This document shows, in pieces, positions 19,301-28,551 of a stretch of DNA of 64,000 nt (position 1 is its first letter; each line of letters begins with the position of its first letter). Under the pieces are notes generated by a model. The model had not been told where the DNA came from. It did no database searches and worked only from the letters and a program-made list of their open reading frames with translations. The stretch is from an uncultured Acidobacteriota bacterium (lineage in GTDB: Bacteria; Acidobacteriota; Vicinamibacteria; Vicinamibacterales; CAVVIG01): the NCBI GenBank assembly GCA_963789965.1, contig CAWBMO010000001.1, positions 576,010-640,009 of the forward strand, given 5' to 3'. A program made the position numbers and the translations under genes.

Positions 19301-21125
19301 TGCCGGCGAGACCCGGTACATCGCGGTCGAGGACGCCGCGCGCTACCGTGATGGGCTCGGTGTGCCGCTGCCGGGCGGCCTGCCCGAGTCGCTGCTCCAG
19401 CCGGTTCGCGATCCGCTCGGCGACCTGGCGACGCGGTACGCCAGGACGCACGCGCCCTTCACCGCCGCAGACTTCGCGGCGCGATACGCGCTCGGCCCGG
19501 TTGCCGCCGAAGCGGTGCTGCTGCGGCTGACGGCCGAAGGGCGCCTGGTCGAAGGCGAGTTCCGTCCGGGCGGCACCGAGCGGGAGTGGACGGATACCGG
19601 CGTGCTGCGCATGCTGCGGAGCCGCTCGCTCGCCAAACTCCGCCACGAGATCGAACCGGTCGACCACACCGTACTCGGCCGCTTCGTGACGACCTGGCAC
19701 GGCGTGGTGAAGCGGCGGCACGGCGCCGATGCGCTGCTCGATGCGATCGAGCAGTTGCAGGGCGCGCCCCTGCCCGCCTCGATTCTCGAGACCGAGATTC
19801 TGCCCGCACGGCTCGAGCTCTACGATCCCGCCGACCTCGACGCGGTCACGGCCGCCGGCGAAGTCGTCTGGACAGGCGTCGAGCCGATCGGCGAGCGTGA
19901 TGGCCGCGTGGCGCTCTATCTTGCGGAGCATCTGCCGAAGTTGTTGCGGCCGATGGTCGACATCCGCCTCACCGCCTTCGCCAAGGCTACGGCGGTCAAG
20001 AAGGCGGATCCCACGTCGGCAAGAGTCCGTGGGGTCCGGCTTCCGCCTACGCCTGAAGCTTCGGCGGACCGCCGAAGCCTTGGCGTAGGCGGTCAGCGTG
20101 ACCACGAGCCATTGGACGCACGCGAGACGAAGATCATCGAATTTCTGCGGTCGCACGGCGCATCGTTCTTTGGTCCGCTGCACGAAGCGGCCGGCGCCGG
20201 CTATCCAGCCGAGAGCGTCCAAGCTCTGTGGAATCTCGTGTGGAAAGGGCTCGTGACCAACGACACCTTCCATGCGCTGCGTGCGTTCACGCGCACACAC
20301 GCGGCACGCCACACTTCTGCCAGGTCGACCAGGTCCCGGCGCCAGGAGGCCAGCGCGTTCCGATCACGGCGTCTTGCACCGGCGTCGGCCGAGGGCCGGT
20401 GGACGCTCGTCCGAACCGGACCGCCCGCCACCGACGCGACCAGGTGGTCCGCGGCGATCGCGCAGCAACTGCTCGCCCGCCACGGCGTCGTCACGCGCGA
20501 AGGCGTCGCCGCCGAATCCATTCCGGGCGGCTTTGGCAGCGTGTATCCGGTCCTGAAAACGCTGGAGGAAACCGGACGCGTGCGTCGCGGCTACTTTGTC
20601 GCCGGGCTCGGGGCGACGCAGTTCTCGCTCCCGGGCGCACTCGATCTCCTCCGGTCGCTCCGCGATCCGGCAGGAAACGACTCGCCAGAGGTCGCCGTTC
20701 TCGCAGCAACCGATCCGGCAAACCCGTATGGCGCGACGCTCAAGTGGCCCGCCGTCGCCGCGCACGCCGCTCCGGCGCGGCAAGCCCCGGATTCAGACGC
20801 AGCGCCCGCCGGCCGCGGGCCGACACGTTCGGTCGGTGCGACGGTTATTCTGGTGGACGGCGCGCTGGGCGCGTATCTTGCGCGCGGTGATCGTCAGCTC
20901 ACGGCGTATCTGCCGGAGGCCGAACCGGCGCGTTCCCGCGTCGGGCGCGCGGTGTCGCGCGCGCTCATCGAGCGTGCGCGAGCTGGCGGCGACGCGCCGC
21001 GCGGGATGCTGATCGAGGAGATCGACGGCGTGCCTCCGGCCGCGCACGCACTCGCTCCGTATCTCGCCGAAGCGGGGTTCATTGGAGGGGCGATGGGGTT
21101 TCAGGCTACGTTCAGAAGAATTTGA
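16329..21125 (+). CDS. lhr: Lhr-family SF2 helicase, long form with C-terminal winged-helix/glycosylase-like region
   Basis: APTGSGKT, TPESLYL, DEIH, GLSAT, ATSSLELGID, QRIGRGGH; 1598 aa; RRGYFVAGLG. Confidence 0.95.
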   Translation: MTARANNDPLQPFHPAVREWFSGAFEGPTRPQTLGWPAIARGDSTLVLAPTGSGKTLAAFLFCLDRLMFTPQPPKASRCRVLYVSPLKALAVDVERNLRAPLAGIAQVAGRRGDAFVTPAIAIRTGDTPQSDRARFQREPADILITTPESLYLLLTSNAREALRSIDTVIIDEIHALVPTKRGAHLMLSIERLAALTGHSLGAFQAGQRLQRIGLSATQRPLDEVARFLGGVERVSSQRHRAADAETDIADEFSSHQGEVRYRPVTIVDAGAKKSLKLTIEVPVEDMARLTTADDLPSGPASVGDQRPSIWSAIHPRLLELIRGHRSTLIFVNSRRLAERLAGALNELAGETLVRSHHGSIARAQRVEVEDLLKAGALRALVATSSLELGIDMGAIDLVVQIEAPPSVASGLQRIGRGGHQANAVSEGVIFPKFRGDLVASAAVAKAMHDAAVEATRYPRNPLDIVAQQIVAMVSMDTWDADDLFATIRRAAPFAELSRTIFEGVLDMLSGRYPSDEFAELRPRVTWDRLKGTITAREGAKRVAIANGGTIPDRGLYGVFLIGSDPSKSSAPGAARVGELDEEMVFETHVGETFVLGASTWRIEEITHDRVLVSPAPGEPGKMPFWKGDRAGRPLELGLAIGRLMHDLLRLTPAAAVHRLTRDHDLDARAAENLLEYLRDQVAATRVLPDASSIIVERVRDELGDWRICVLSPRGGRIHAPWAMAAAAKIREETGVEVETLWGDDGFVVRFPDVDQPPEPRLLLPDPDEVQALVVRQLGATALFAAKFRENAARSLLLPKRRPGMRAPLWQQRKRAADLLAVASRYGSFPVLLETYRECLRDFFDMPALISTLTDVRSRKIRVATVDSEKPSPFAASLLFSYVASFLYDGDAPLAERRAQALAVDQTQLRELLGDAELRELLDAESMEAIERQLQRLDSQYRARSADGVHDMLLGIGDLTREELLERALNVAAAESVDALTDARRILSVRIAGETRYIAVEDAARYRDGLGVPLPGGLPESLLQPVRDPLGDLATRYARTHAPFTAADFAARYALGPVAAEAVLLRLTAEGRLVEGEFRPGGTEREWTDTGVLRMLRSRSLAKLRHEIEPVDHTVLGRFVTTWHGVVKRRHGADALLDAIEQLQGAPLPASILETEILPARLELYDPADLDAVTAAGEVVWTGVEPIGERDGRVALYLAEHLPKLLRPMVDIRLTAFAKATAVKKADPTSARVRGVRLPPTPEASADRRSLGVGGQRDHEPLDARETKIIEFLRSHGASFFGPLHEAAGAGYPAESVQALWNLVWKGLVTNDTFHALRAFTRTHAARHTSARSTRSRRQEASAFRSRRLAPASAEGRWTLVRTGPPATDATRWSAAIAQQLLARHGVVTREGVAAESIPGGFGSVYPVLKTLEETGRVRRGYFVAGLGATQFSLPGALDLLRSLRDPAGNDSPEVAVLAATDPANPYGATLKWPAVAAHAAPARQAPDSDAAPAGRGPTRSVGATVILVDGALGAYLARGDRQLTAYLPEAEPARSRVGRAVSRALIERARAGGDAPRGMLIEEIDGVPPAAHALAPYLAEAGFIGGAMGFQATFRRI
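19954..20104. repeat. Nested palindromic elements inserted in-frame in lhr
   Basis: ATCCGCCT[..ACCGCCTTCGCCAAGGCTACGGCGGT..]AAGGCGGATCCCACG and CGTGGGGTCCGGCTT[CCGCCTACGCC..GGCGTAGGCGG]TCAGC. Confidence 0.8.
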
Positions 21126-21210
21126 GTCGCGAATTGCGTGCCATTTTCGTGGCCTCGGCCACAACCGCCCGGGCAAACTACCGAAAATCCCGAAATCGTT
21201 AAATCGCATC

Positions 21211-22050
21211 ATGCCTGAGGGCGACACCATCTTTCGTACCGCCCGCACGCTCCACCGGGCGCTTGCTGGCCATGTGGTCACACGCTTCGAGTCCGCGTTT
21301 CCCTCGCTCAACCGCGTCGCCTTCGATCGGCCGATCGTCGGACGCTCGATCGAATCGGTCGCGCCGCGTGGGAAACACCTGTTGATGACGCTGACCGGCG
21401 ATCTGATCCTGCACACCCACATGCGGATGAACGGGAGCTGGCACATCTATCGTCCTGGCGAACGATGGCAGCGATCGCCCGCTGACATGCGCGTGCTCGT
21501 CGCGACCGAGGCGTTCGTGGCTGTGGGCTTCAACGTGCCGGTCGCCGAGTGGCTCTCCACTCGCGATCTCGCCCGCCATCGCCAGCTCCGGTCGCTCGGC
21601 CCGGATCCGCTCGATCCCGCCTTCGATCGCGCCGACGTCCTCGCGCGGCTGCGCGCTCTGGGATCGGTCGCCGTCGGCGACGCGCTGCTCAATCAGCGCG
21701 TCATCGCCGGCATCGGCAATGTCCTCAAGTCCGAGATTCTCTTCGTCGCCGGCATCGATCCGTTCGCGCCGGTCGGATCGCTCGACGATGCCTTCGCCGC
21801 CCGCCTGATCGACACGGCGCATGAGCTGCTGAGGGCCAACGTGCTCGAGCCGGCGCAAACACTGAGCGCCGGCAGCGGGCGACGGACGACCAGAAGCATG
21901 AGCCCTGCGGCGGCGCTGTGGGTCTACGACCGCAGCGGCAAGCCGTGCCGGCGCTGCGGCGCCATGATTCAGTCGAGAAAGACCGGCGTCGACGCGCGAA
22001 TCACCTATTGGTGTCCGACGTGCCAGGGGAATAGATCCTCAAATCCTTAG
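21211..22050 (+). CDS. nei: Fpg/Nei-family DNA glycosylase
   Basis: MPEGDT, RGKHLL, HMRMNG, AGIGNV, CRRC..CPTCQ zinc finger. Confidence 0.93.
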   Translation: MPEGDTIFRTARTLHRALAGHVVTRFESAFPSLNRVAFDRPIVGRSIESVAPRGKHLLMTLTGDLILHTHMRMNGSWHIYRPGERWQRSPADMRVLVATEAFVAVGFNVPVAEWLSTRDLARHRQLRSLGPDPLDPAFDRADVLARLRALGSVAVGDALLNQRVIAGIGNVLKSEILFVAGIDPFAPVGSLDDAFAARLIDTAHELLRANVLEPAQTLSAGSGRRTTRSMSPAAALWVYDRSGKPCRRCGAMIQSRKTGVDARITYWCPTCQGNRSSNP

Positions 22051-22080
22051 GTCCCTAAATCCTCAAATTCACCATCTATA

Positions 22081-23196
22081 ATGTCCTTCATGTCCGTTCC
22101 CACCGCCCGGGCTGTTCACCGCCTGCTCGTCGGTGTCGTGGCGATGGGGTTGGTCCTGTCGGTCACCGCGCGCGGCGGCCAGGTCCAGGCGCCAGCCTCC
22201 TTTGCGTCGCGCGTCGCGCAGCTGTCGGAGCGCGGCGGCTTCTTCGATACCGACAATCTGATCTCGAACGAACGGTCGTATCTCCATGTCGTGCCGGCGC
22301 TGCGCGAGTCGGGTGTCGGCGGCGGCGCCTATGTCGGCGTCGGGCCCGACCAGAATTTCTCGTACATCGCGCAGGTCAAGCCGGCCATCGCCTTCATCAT
22401 CGACGTGCGCCGCGACAACCTGCTGCTGCACCTCCTCTTCAAAGCGCTCTTCTCGATGTCGGACACGCGCGCCGAGTATCTCAGCCTGCTGTTCGGCCGG
22501 CCCATCCCCGCCCCTGCTAGCGAGTGGCGGACCGCCGATCTCGACAAGATCGTCGCCTACATCGATGGCACCCCGTTGGCCGATGAGGCCATCGCGGCAC
22601 TGCGGGCGCGGGTTGACGAGAAGATCAAGACGTTCGGCGTGCCGCTCTCGGACACCGACTTGGCGACCATCAACCGGTTTCACCGGCGCTTCGTGATCGC
22701 CGGCCTGCCGCTCAAGTTCCAGACGACCGGCCGGGCGCCCCAAAGCTACTACCCCACATACCGCGATCTGCTGCTCGAGACGGATCGCCAGGGGCATCGG
22801 TGGAATTTCCTCGCGTCGGAGGATGACTTTCAATTCGTGCGCTCGCTCGAACGCCGCGATCTCGTCATCCCCGTCGTGGGCGATCTCGCGGGGCCTTCGG
22901 CGCTCGTCGAGATCGGCCGCTTGATGGCGTCGCGCGGCGACCGTCTTTCCGCGTTCTACGTGTCGAACGTCGAGTTTTATTTGTTCGCCGACGGCAAGTT
23001 CCCGCGTTTTGTCGAGAACCTGGAGCGTCTCCCCCACGCGAACCGCAGCCTGATCATCCGCTCCGTGTTCGGCGGTTTCGGACAGTCGACGCCCGGTTAC
23101 TACAGCAGCTCGCTCGCGCAGCCGGTCGACCAGCTGCTGCGGGGCTACGCGTCGGGGAACTTCCACTCGTACCCAGAATTGGCTGTGGCGAGGTAA
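22081..23196 (+). CDS. Conserved secreted hypothetical protein
   Basis: Signal-like N-terminus; DTDNLISNE, YVGVGPDQNFSYIA, FYVSNVEFYL. Confidence 0.75.
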   Translation: MSFMSVPTARAVHRLLVGVVAMGLVLSVTARGGQVQAPASFASRVAQLSERGGFFDTDNLISNERSYLHVVPALRESGVGGGAYVGVGPDQNFSYIAQVKPAIAFIIDVRRDNLLLHLLFKALFSMSDTRAEYLSLLFGRPIPAPASEWRTADLDKIVAYIDGTPLADEAIAALRARVDEKIKTFGVPLSDTDLATINRFHRRFVIAGLPLKFQTTGRAPQSYYPTYRDLLLETDRQGHRWNFLASEDDFQFVRSLERRDLVIPVVGDLAGPSALVEIGRLMASRGDRLSAFYVSNVEFYLFADGKFPRFVENLERLPHANRSLIIRSVFGGFGQSTPGYYSSSLAQPVDQLLRGYASGNFHSYPELAVAR

Positions 23197-23199
23197 TCC

Positions 23200-23700
23200 A
23201 TGCCGGCGGCTGCATCATTCGACATCACGTCCACGATTGATTTTCAGGAAGTCGACAACGCGCTCAACCAGGCGCGCAAGGAAGTCGCCCAGCGCTACGA
23301 CTTCAAGGGCGCGACCGCCGAGATCACGCTCAACGCGACCGACAAGACGCTGACGCTCGTGACCGACGACGAAATGAAAATGAACGCGCTGTGGGAAATG
23401 GTGCAGACGCGGCTGGTGCGCCGAGGGGTCCCGGTGAAGAACTTCAAGTCGGACAAGAGCGAGCCGGCGGCCGGCAGCAAAGTCCGCCGCGTGATTCCGA
23501 TTCAGCAGGGCATTCCGATCGAGGCGGCACGCGAGATCGTGAAGTACATCAAGGACCAGAAGCTCAAGAAAGTTCAGGCGGCGATTCAAGCCGATCAGGT
23601 CCGCGTCAGCTCGCCGTCGAAAGACGAGCTGCAGGCCGCCATGCAGGCGCTGCGGGACCACGACTTCGGGGTCGCCCTGCAGTTCGGCAACTATCGCTAG
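23200..23700 (+). CDS. yajQ: YajQ-family nucleotide/c-di-GMP-binding protein
   Basis: SFDITS, QEVDNA.NQ, RYDFKG, QVRVS, LQFGNYR. Confidence 0.95.
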   Translation: MPAAASFDITSTIDFQEVDNALNQARKEVAQRYDFKGATAEITLNATDKTLTLVTDDEMKMNALWEMVQTRLVRRGVPVKNFKSDKSEPAAGSKVRRVIPIQQGIPIEAAREIVKYIKDQKLKKVQAAIQADQVRVSSPSKDELQAAMQALRDHDFGVALQFGNYR

Positions 23701-23703
23701 TCC

Positions 23704-24963
23704 TTGTCTCCTTCCTACCTCGCGATCATCGGCGGCGCCTTCCTCGCCTGGTTCATTCTCGTGGTGCTTTTTGCGCCGCACATTCCTTACCACGTGGAGG
23801 AGCCGGTCGACCCAGGCAGCGAGCAATTCATCCATGTCCTCGAATCGACCTGCAACACGGCGCTCAACCAACACAACAAGATTGAGATTCTGACCAACGG
23901 CGCTCGGTTTTACCCCGCCATGATCGATGCAATCCGCGCCGCCAGTGAAACGATCAGCCTGGAGTGCTACATCTTCGAGACAGGCGAAGTCGCCGATCGC
24001 TTCATCGACGCGCTGCGCGAGCGGGCGGGCGCGGGTGTCCACGTCACGATTGTCCTGGACGCGCTCGGGAGCTTCGGCGCCTTCAGCAGCGTGGCCAAGC
24101 GGCTGAGCCACCCCAACTGCCGTGTCGAGCGGTACCAGCGAGTGCGGTGGTACAGCCTGGCGCGTCTCAACAATCGCACGCACCGGGAGCTGCTGGTCAT
24201 CGATGGGCGCGTGGCGTTTGTCGGCGGCGCCGGCGTGGCGGACCGGTGGTTCAAACCGACTCGTGGCAGACCGGCGTGGCGCGACATGATGGCGAGAATT
24301 GAAGGGCCCGTCGTCTCGAACATCCAGGGCATCGTCGCGGAGAACTGGCTGGAATGCACCGGCGAGATCCTGACCGGCGCACGCACGTACCAGGCCGACC
24401 ACGCGAGGGGCGCCAGTCCGGCGCTCGCGGTCAAGAGCGCCCCTGCGGATCGCGCGACGGTTTCGCGTGTGCTGTTTCAGATGCTCGTGGAGTCGGCCAC
24501 ACGCCGCGTGCTGATTTCGACGCCGTACTTTCTTCCGGACAAGGCGTTTCGGCAGGCGTTCGTGCGCACGGCCGGGCGCGGTGTGGAGGTCGCCGTCATC
24601 GTGCCCGGCGCGCACACCGACCAGCAGTGGGTACGCCTGGCGAGCCGCCGCATGTGGGGCGACCTGCTCAAAGCCGGCGTGCACATCTTCGAGTACGGCA
24701 GCGGGATGACCCACGTCAAGGCGCTCATGGTGGACGAGCTCTGGTCGGTCATCGGCACGACCAACGTGGACAACCGGTCGTTCGAGCACAACGACGAAGT
24801 GAACCTCGCCGTGCGCGACCGAACCGTGACCGCCCGGATCGCGTCAGATTGGCTGAACGACCTCTCACAAAGCCGCGAGGTCACGTTGCACGAGTGGGAG
24901 CACCGGCCGGTGTGGGAAAAGCTCATCGGCAGGGTCGCGTGGATTCTCGAGCGGCAGCAGTAG
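23704..24963 (+). CDS. cls: Cardiolipin synthase-like phospholipase D
   Basis: Two PLD motifs, THRELLVID and HVKALMVD..GTTN.DNRSF; STPYFLP. Confidence 0.88.
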   Translation: MSPSYLAIIGGAFLAWFILVVLFAPHIPYHVEEPVDPGSEQFIHVLESTCNTALNQHNKIEILTNGARFYPAMIDAIRAASETISLECYIFETGEVADRFIDALRERAGAGVHVTIVLDALGSFGAFSSVAKRLSHPNCRVERYQRVRWYSLARLNNRTHRELLVIDGRVAFVGGAGVADRWFKPTRGRPAWRDMMARIEGPVVSNIQGIVAENWLECTGEILTGARTYQADHARGASPALAVKSAPADRATVSRVLFQMLVESATRRVLISTPYFLPDKAFRQAFVRTAGRGVEVAVIVPGAHTDQQWVRLASRRMWGDLLKAGVHIFEYGSGMTHVKALMVDELWSVIGTTNVDNRSFEHNDEVNLAVRDRTVTARIASDWLNDLSQSREVTLHEWEHRPVWEKLIGRVAWILERQQ

Positions 24964-24981
24964 ATCCTCAAGTCTTCAGAT

Positions 24982-25773
24982 TCACTTCTTCTGAATAGCC
25001 GCCGTCCAGATCTCGATCTGTTCCTCTGTCATCGAACCGACTTCGAGACGGCTGTCCCGGTACTTGGTGCGTTCGAGATCGTGCAGAAATTGTTCGCGGG
25101 ACAGCAGGGTGCCGTAACAGACGTCGTTGTTGAGATTCGGCCGGCTGACACTAAAGCGCCGTACCAGTTCGTCGGTTACCCAGGCGGGGACGTGATGGCG
25201 TTTGTCGGGGTAGACAAATCCGAACAGAATCAGATGGCTGAGCAGCACGCGCCAGTGGTCGCCGAATCGCATCAGCAGGCGCGGCCAGTCGAGCGTCGGT
25301 CCCGTCTCACGCAACAAGTGAAGGACGTCGGCCCCGTCGAACCGCTCGCGTTCCTGGACGAACGCCTTGGACCAGATCATCTCCTCCACGGGCGACAAGC
25401 GGACAATCATCCCCAGCACGTCGGCCCTTGGCGCGTGATCGAACCACAAGTCGTCGACGCGGGCGACACCGTTTCCGGAATTGAAAATCACATCCATGAA
25501 GTGCTGGCCCTGCCGGATCCTGCCCAGCCAGTGCGGGAACGGCATCTCTGTTTCATATCCAGCCTGAGAGAACACCTCGAGCACGCGGGGGCAGTCTGCC
25601 GGACGGACGAACACGTCGATGTCCTTGGTATCGCGCGGAATGTTCGAGTAGTGCGAGAACGCAAAGGTGCCGCCAAGCAGAAACGGTATCCTGGCTTCGA
25701 GCAGCTTCCCCAGCGCATCCATATAGAAGGCGGCGGCGGGGTCGTGTATCGCACGGGCAGTGCCGGTTTCCAT
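24982..25773 (-). CDS. Nucleotidyltransferase family protein
   Basis: LGGTFAF..RDTKDIDVF pol-beta-like motif; SKAFVQERERFDGADV. Confidence 0.8.
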   Translation of the reverse strand: METGTARAIHDPAAAFYMDALGKLLEARIPFLLGGTFAFSHYSNIPRDTKDIDVFVRPADCPRVLEVFSQAGYETEMPFPHWLGRIRQGQHFMDVIFNSGNGVARVDDLWFDHAPRADVLGMIVRLSPVEEMIWSKAFVQERERFDGADVLHLLRETGPTLDWPRLLMRFGDHWRVLLSHLILFGFVYPDKRHHVPAWVTDELVRRFSVSRPNLNNDVCYGTLLSREQFLHDLERTKYRDSRLEVGSMTEEQIEIWTAAIQKK

Positions 25774-25798
25774 GGAGGTCCTTGTCGGCGGCTGTCGC

Positions 25799-26656
25799 TC
25801 AGCCACGCCCTTCGCCAGACCGACGATCGCCGTCGGCGTTGCCGGCGAGCTGCGGCGCCACATCAGGTGACGGGCCGCCTGGCGCGGGTCGCTCGGTTGG
25901 CGGCGGCGCCGGTGGTTCGATCGCCCCGCTCGCGGGTACTTCGAAAATGCGGAACGGGGGCCGGTCCGAAAATGCCCGTGTCAGCAACGGCATGGCCACG
26001 TTGTACACAGGGACGCCGCTCGTCGTCGCGCCCTGCAGCCGCCCGCGATGCGCGTGTCCGTGCAGGACGATCGACACGGGATATCGATTGAGCGGCTCCT
26101 CGAGCCGGCTCGATCCGAGAAATGGGTAAATCTCGAGCGGCTCGCCTTCGACGGTCTGCTGCACCGGCGAATAATGCAGCAGCGCGACAAGATGCCTCGT
26201 CCGCAGGCGTGCGAGCGCGGCCTCCAGCTTCAGCGCTTCATCGACGGCTTCTCGCACGAACTGCTTGACGACGGTTTCTCCCCACGGACCAAGCGCGTGA
26301 TGGCCGAACCCGCCGCAAAATCCTCTAGTGCCAGCGATGCCGATTCCGTGGGTCTCGTACGCATCGCCGTCGAGCACGACGATGCCGGCGTCACTGACGA
26401 TGTGCCGCACTTCGTCGCCCGTGCCCGATTCAAGGTCGTGATTACCCAGAACGGCGACGACCTGCATGTGGACTGCTGTCAGCTCGCGCACGAGCACGTG
26501 CGCCTCCTCGGGAAGACCGCATTCGGTCAGGTCGCCGGCAATCAGCAGGACGTCGGCCGATTCGGCGATTCTCGCAAAGAGCGATTGAAAAGCGCCTTGT
26601 GACGTCCTGGAACAGTGGAGATCGCCGAGTGCGGCGACGCGCACCACGTCGGTCAT
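25799..26656 (-). CDS. Calcineurin-like metallophosphoesterase
   Basis: GDLH, AGDLT, GNHD, LLHY, HGHAH. Confidence 0.92.
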   Translation of the reverse strand: MTDVVRVAALGDLHCSRTSQGAFQSLFARIAESADVLLIAGDLTECGLPEEAHVLVRELTAVHMQVVAVLGNHDLESGTGDEVRHIVSDAGIVVLDGDAYETHGIGIAGTRGFCGGFGHHALGPWGETVVKQFVREAVDEALKLEAALARLRTRHLVALLHYSPVQQTVEGEPLEIYPFLGSSRLEEPLNRYPVSIVLHGHAHRGRLQGATTSGVPVYNVAMPLLTRAFSDRPPFRIFEVPASGAIEPPAPPPTERPAPGGPSPDVAPQLAGNADGDRRSGEGRG

Positions 26657-26735
26657 ACGATTCGTTCTACAAGAGTTAAGCCAAACGAGGAATGCCTGAG
26701 CTGGAACGCGAATGTGGGCAAACCCAGCCGTGGGG
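26618..26735. repeat. Repeat copy 1 (phosphoesterase 5' end plus upstream region)
   Basis: Near-identical to 35634-35750; partially similar to 35803-35896. Confidence 0.9.
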
Positions 26736-26815
26736 ACTGACGCGCTGAGCCGATCGCGGGGCTTTCGAGCGACTCGGTGCTCGTTACCTGCGCTTTCATT
26801 GAGCGTTGATGTTTG

Positions 26816-28547
26816 TCAGGACGGGGCCGCGGCCAGCGGCAGGCGCACTTCAACCCGCGTGCCGTCTCCAAGCACACTCTCGATCTTCAGCGACCCACCG
26901 TGCGCCGCGGCGATCTGCCGGGCGATCGGAAGACCGAGTCCCGTCCCTTCTGTTTTCGTCGAGAAGAAGGGCTCGAGCACGTGCTCGAGATCGGCGGCCG
27001 AGAGTCCACATCCAGTGTCAGTCACGACGACCCGCACGTCAGAACCATCGATCTCGACGATGACGCTCGCCCTGCCGCCGGGCTTCATCGCCTGAGCCGA
27101 GTTGAGCAACAAGTTGAGCAGCAGTTGCTCCAGTGCGATGGCATCGCCCAGCACCCAGGCTGGCGGGCCGAGGCTCGACAACACGCTGAGCGTCGCTCCG
27201 CTGCTCGGTGAATGTGCTCTCCGCGCGCTGAGCCGCGGCTGCGACGACGGGGCCGAGGTCGAGGCGGCGCCGCGGAGTGCGGCCACTTCGCGCAACCCGC
27301 AGCGAACCGCTCACCGTTCCATCCAGCCGCCTGACGTTCTCGAGCGCGCGGACGATGAGCGGCCGCCCTGGCGCGTCCTCGGCCGTCTTTTCCTCCGCAC
27401 GCTGCAGATCGACACGGACCGCAGTGAGCCCGTTGCGCACCTCGTGGGACAGCGTGACGGCGAACTGGCCGACTGCTGCAAGCGCCTGCCGTTTCGACAG
27501 CTCGGCGAGGGTGCGCCGCAGAGTCTCCGTCATGCTGTTAAAGGCGGCAGCCACGCGGCCGACCTCATCGGCGCCGCTCCCGTCAACACGATGATCGAGG
27601 TCGCCGCCCGCCACGGCATCGGCGGCAACGGCCAAACGCTCGAGCGTCGACGTGAGCCGCTTCGTCAAGAAGGCGCTGAGTGCGAGCGCCATCAACGACA
27701 CCAGCGCGATCGTGATCGCTCCTGCACGCGCCACGCGCTCGAACGGTTGGACGTAGGCGTCGAGTGGAGCCGCGAGGGTCAAGTCGACCTCCGGATCGGC
27801 GAGAGTGCGATGCACGGCGAGCCAGTCGCCGTTCGTCGTCGTGAAACGGTCCTGCCCGATCACCGAATCGGGCGCGAACACTGGGAGCAGCGACTGCCCG
27901 GTGGCGCGCTCCACTGCTTGCATCCTGGCGCCATTCGGCATTCGGACCGAAGGGTCGATTGGCGATCAAAGCGCCGACAGCGACACGCGCGACCAGTTCA
28001 CCGAGGGGAGCCTCTCTGGTGGCCGAGGTGATCGGGACGTCGCACCGTCAGGGTCGGGATCGGAGGGCGACGGCGCGACGGGCTGACCGCGCGTGTCGAC
28101 GGCATCCGACCTGGAGCGCTGGCGCTGGTCCAGCGCGTCGATTCCCGCGCCACGGCCGACGACCAGCGCACGCCGCCCGTGCGCATCCCGATACTCGAAC
28201 GCAGGAATCGTGCGTGCAGACGCTGGCAACGAGCTGCGAGAAGTACTCGGCATCCGTCGGCGGTCACGGCTCGCGGTCGGATCGCCGGCCAGCAGTCGGG
28301 TGAGCAACCTCGTTGTTGGCGAGCAGCGCCAGATCGCCGCGCCGGTAGCTCCACCGCGTCTCCACGCGGGGCGGCGATCTTCTCGAGCGATTGATCGAGC
28401 TCCGAGCGGAGCAGGTCTTCTCCGGCGCGCACGACGGACCGCGTCAGCCAGACGCCGATCAGCGCCGAGCGGCACGACCGCCGCAAAGAAGACGACGAGC
28501 AGGAAGCGGCCGCGAAACGACGTCGGCAGCGTCGCGAGGCGCGTCAC
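26816..28547 (-). pseudogene. HAMP sensor histidine kinase, frameshifted
   Basis: DEVGRVAAAFNSM (HAMP), LSHEVRNGL, LLNLLLNS, PFFSTKTEGTGLGL spread over 4 or more frames. Confidence 0.8.
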
Positions 28548-28551
28548 GCCC

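Noticed and set aside
17484-20312. 942-aa antisense ORF and similar long shadow ORFs opposite nuo, cls and the TonB receptor
   Set aside because: Expected from high-GC codon bias; no motifs; they overlap clear genes.
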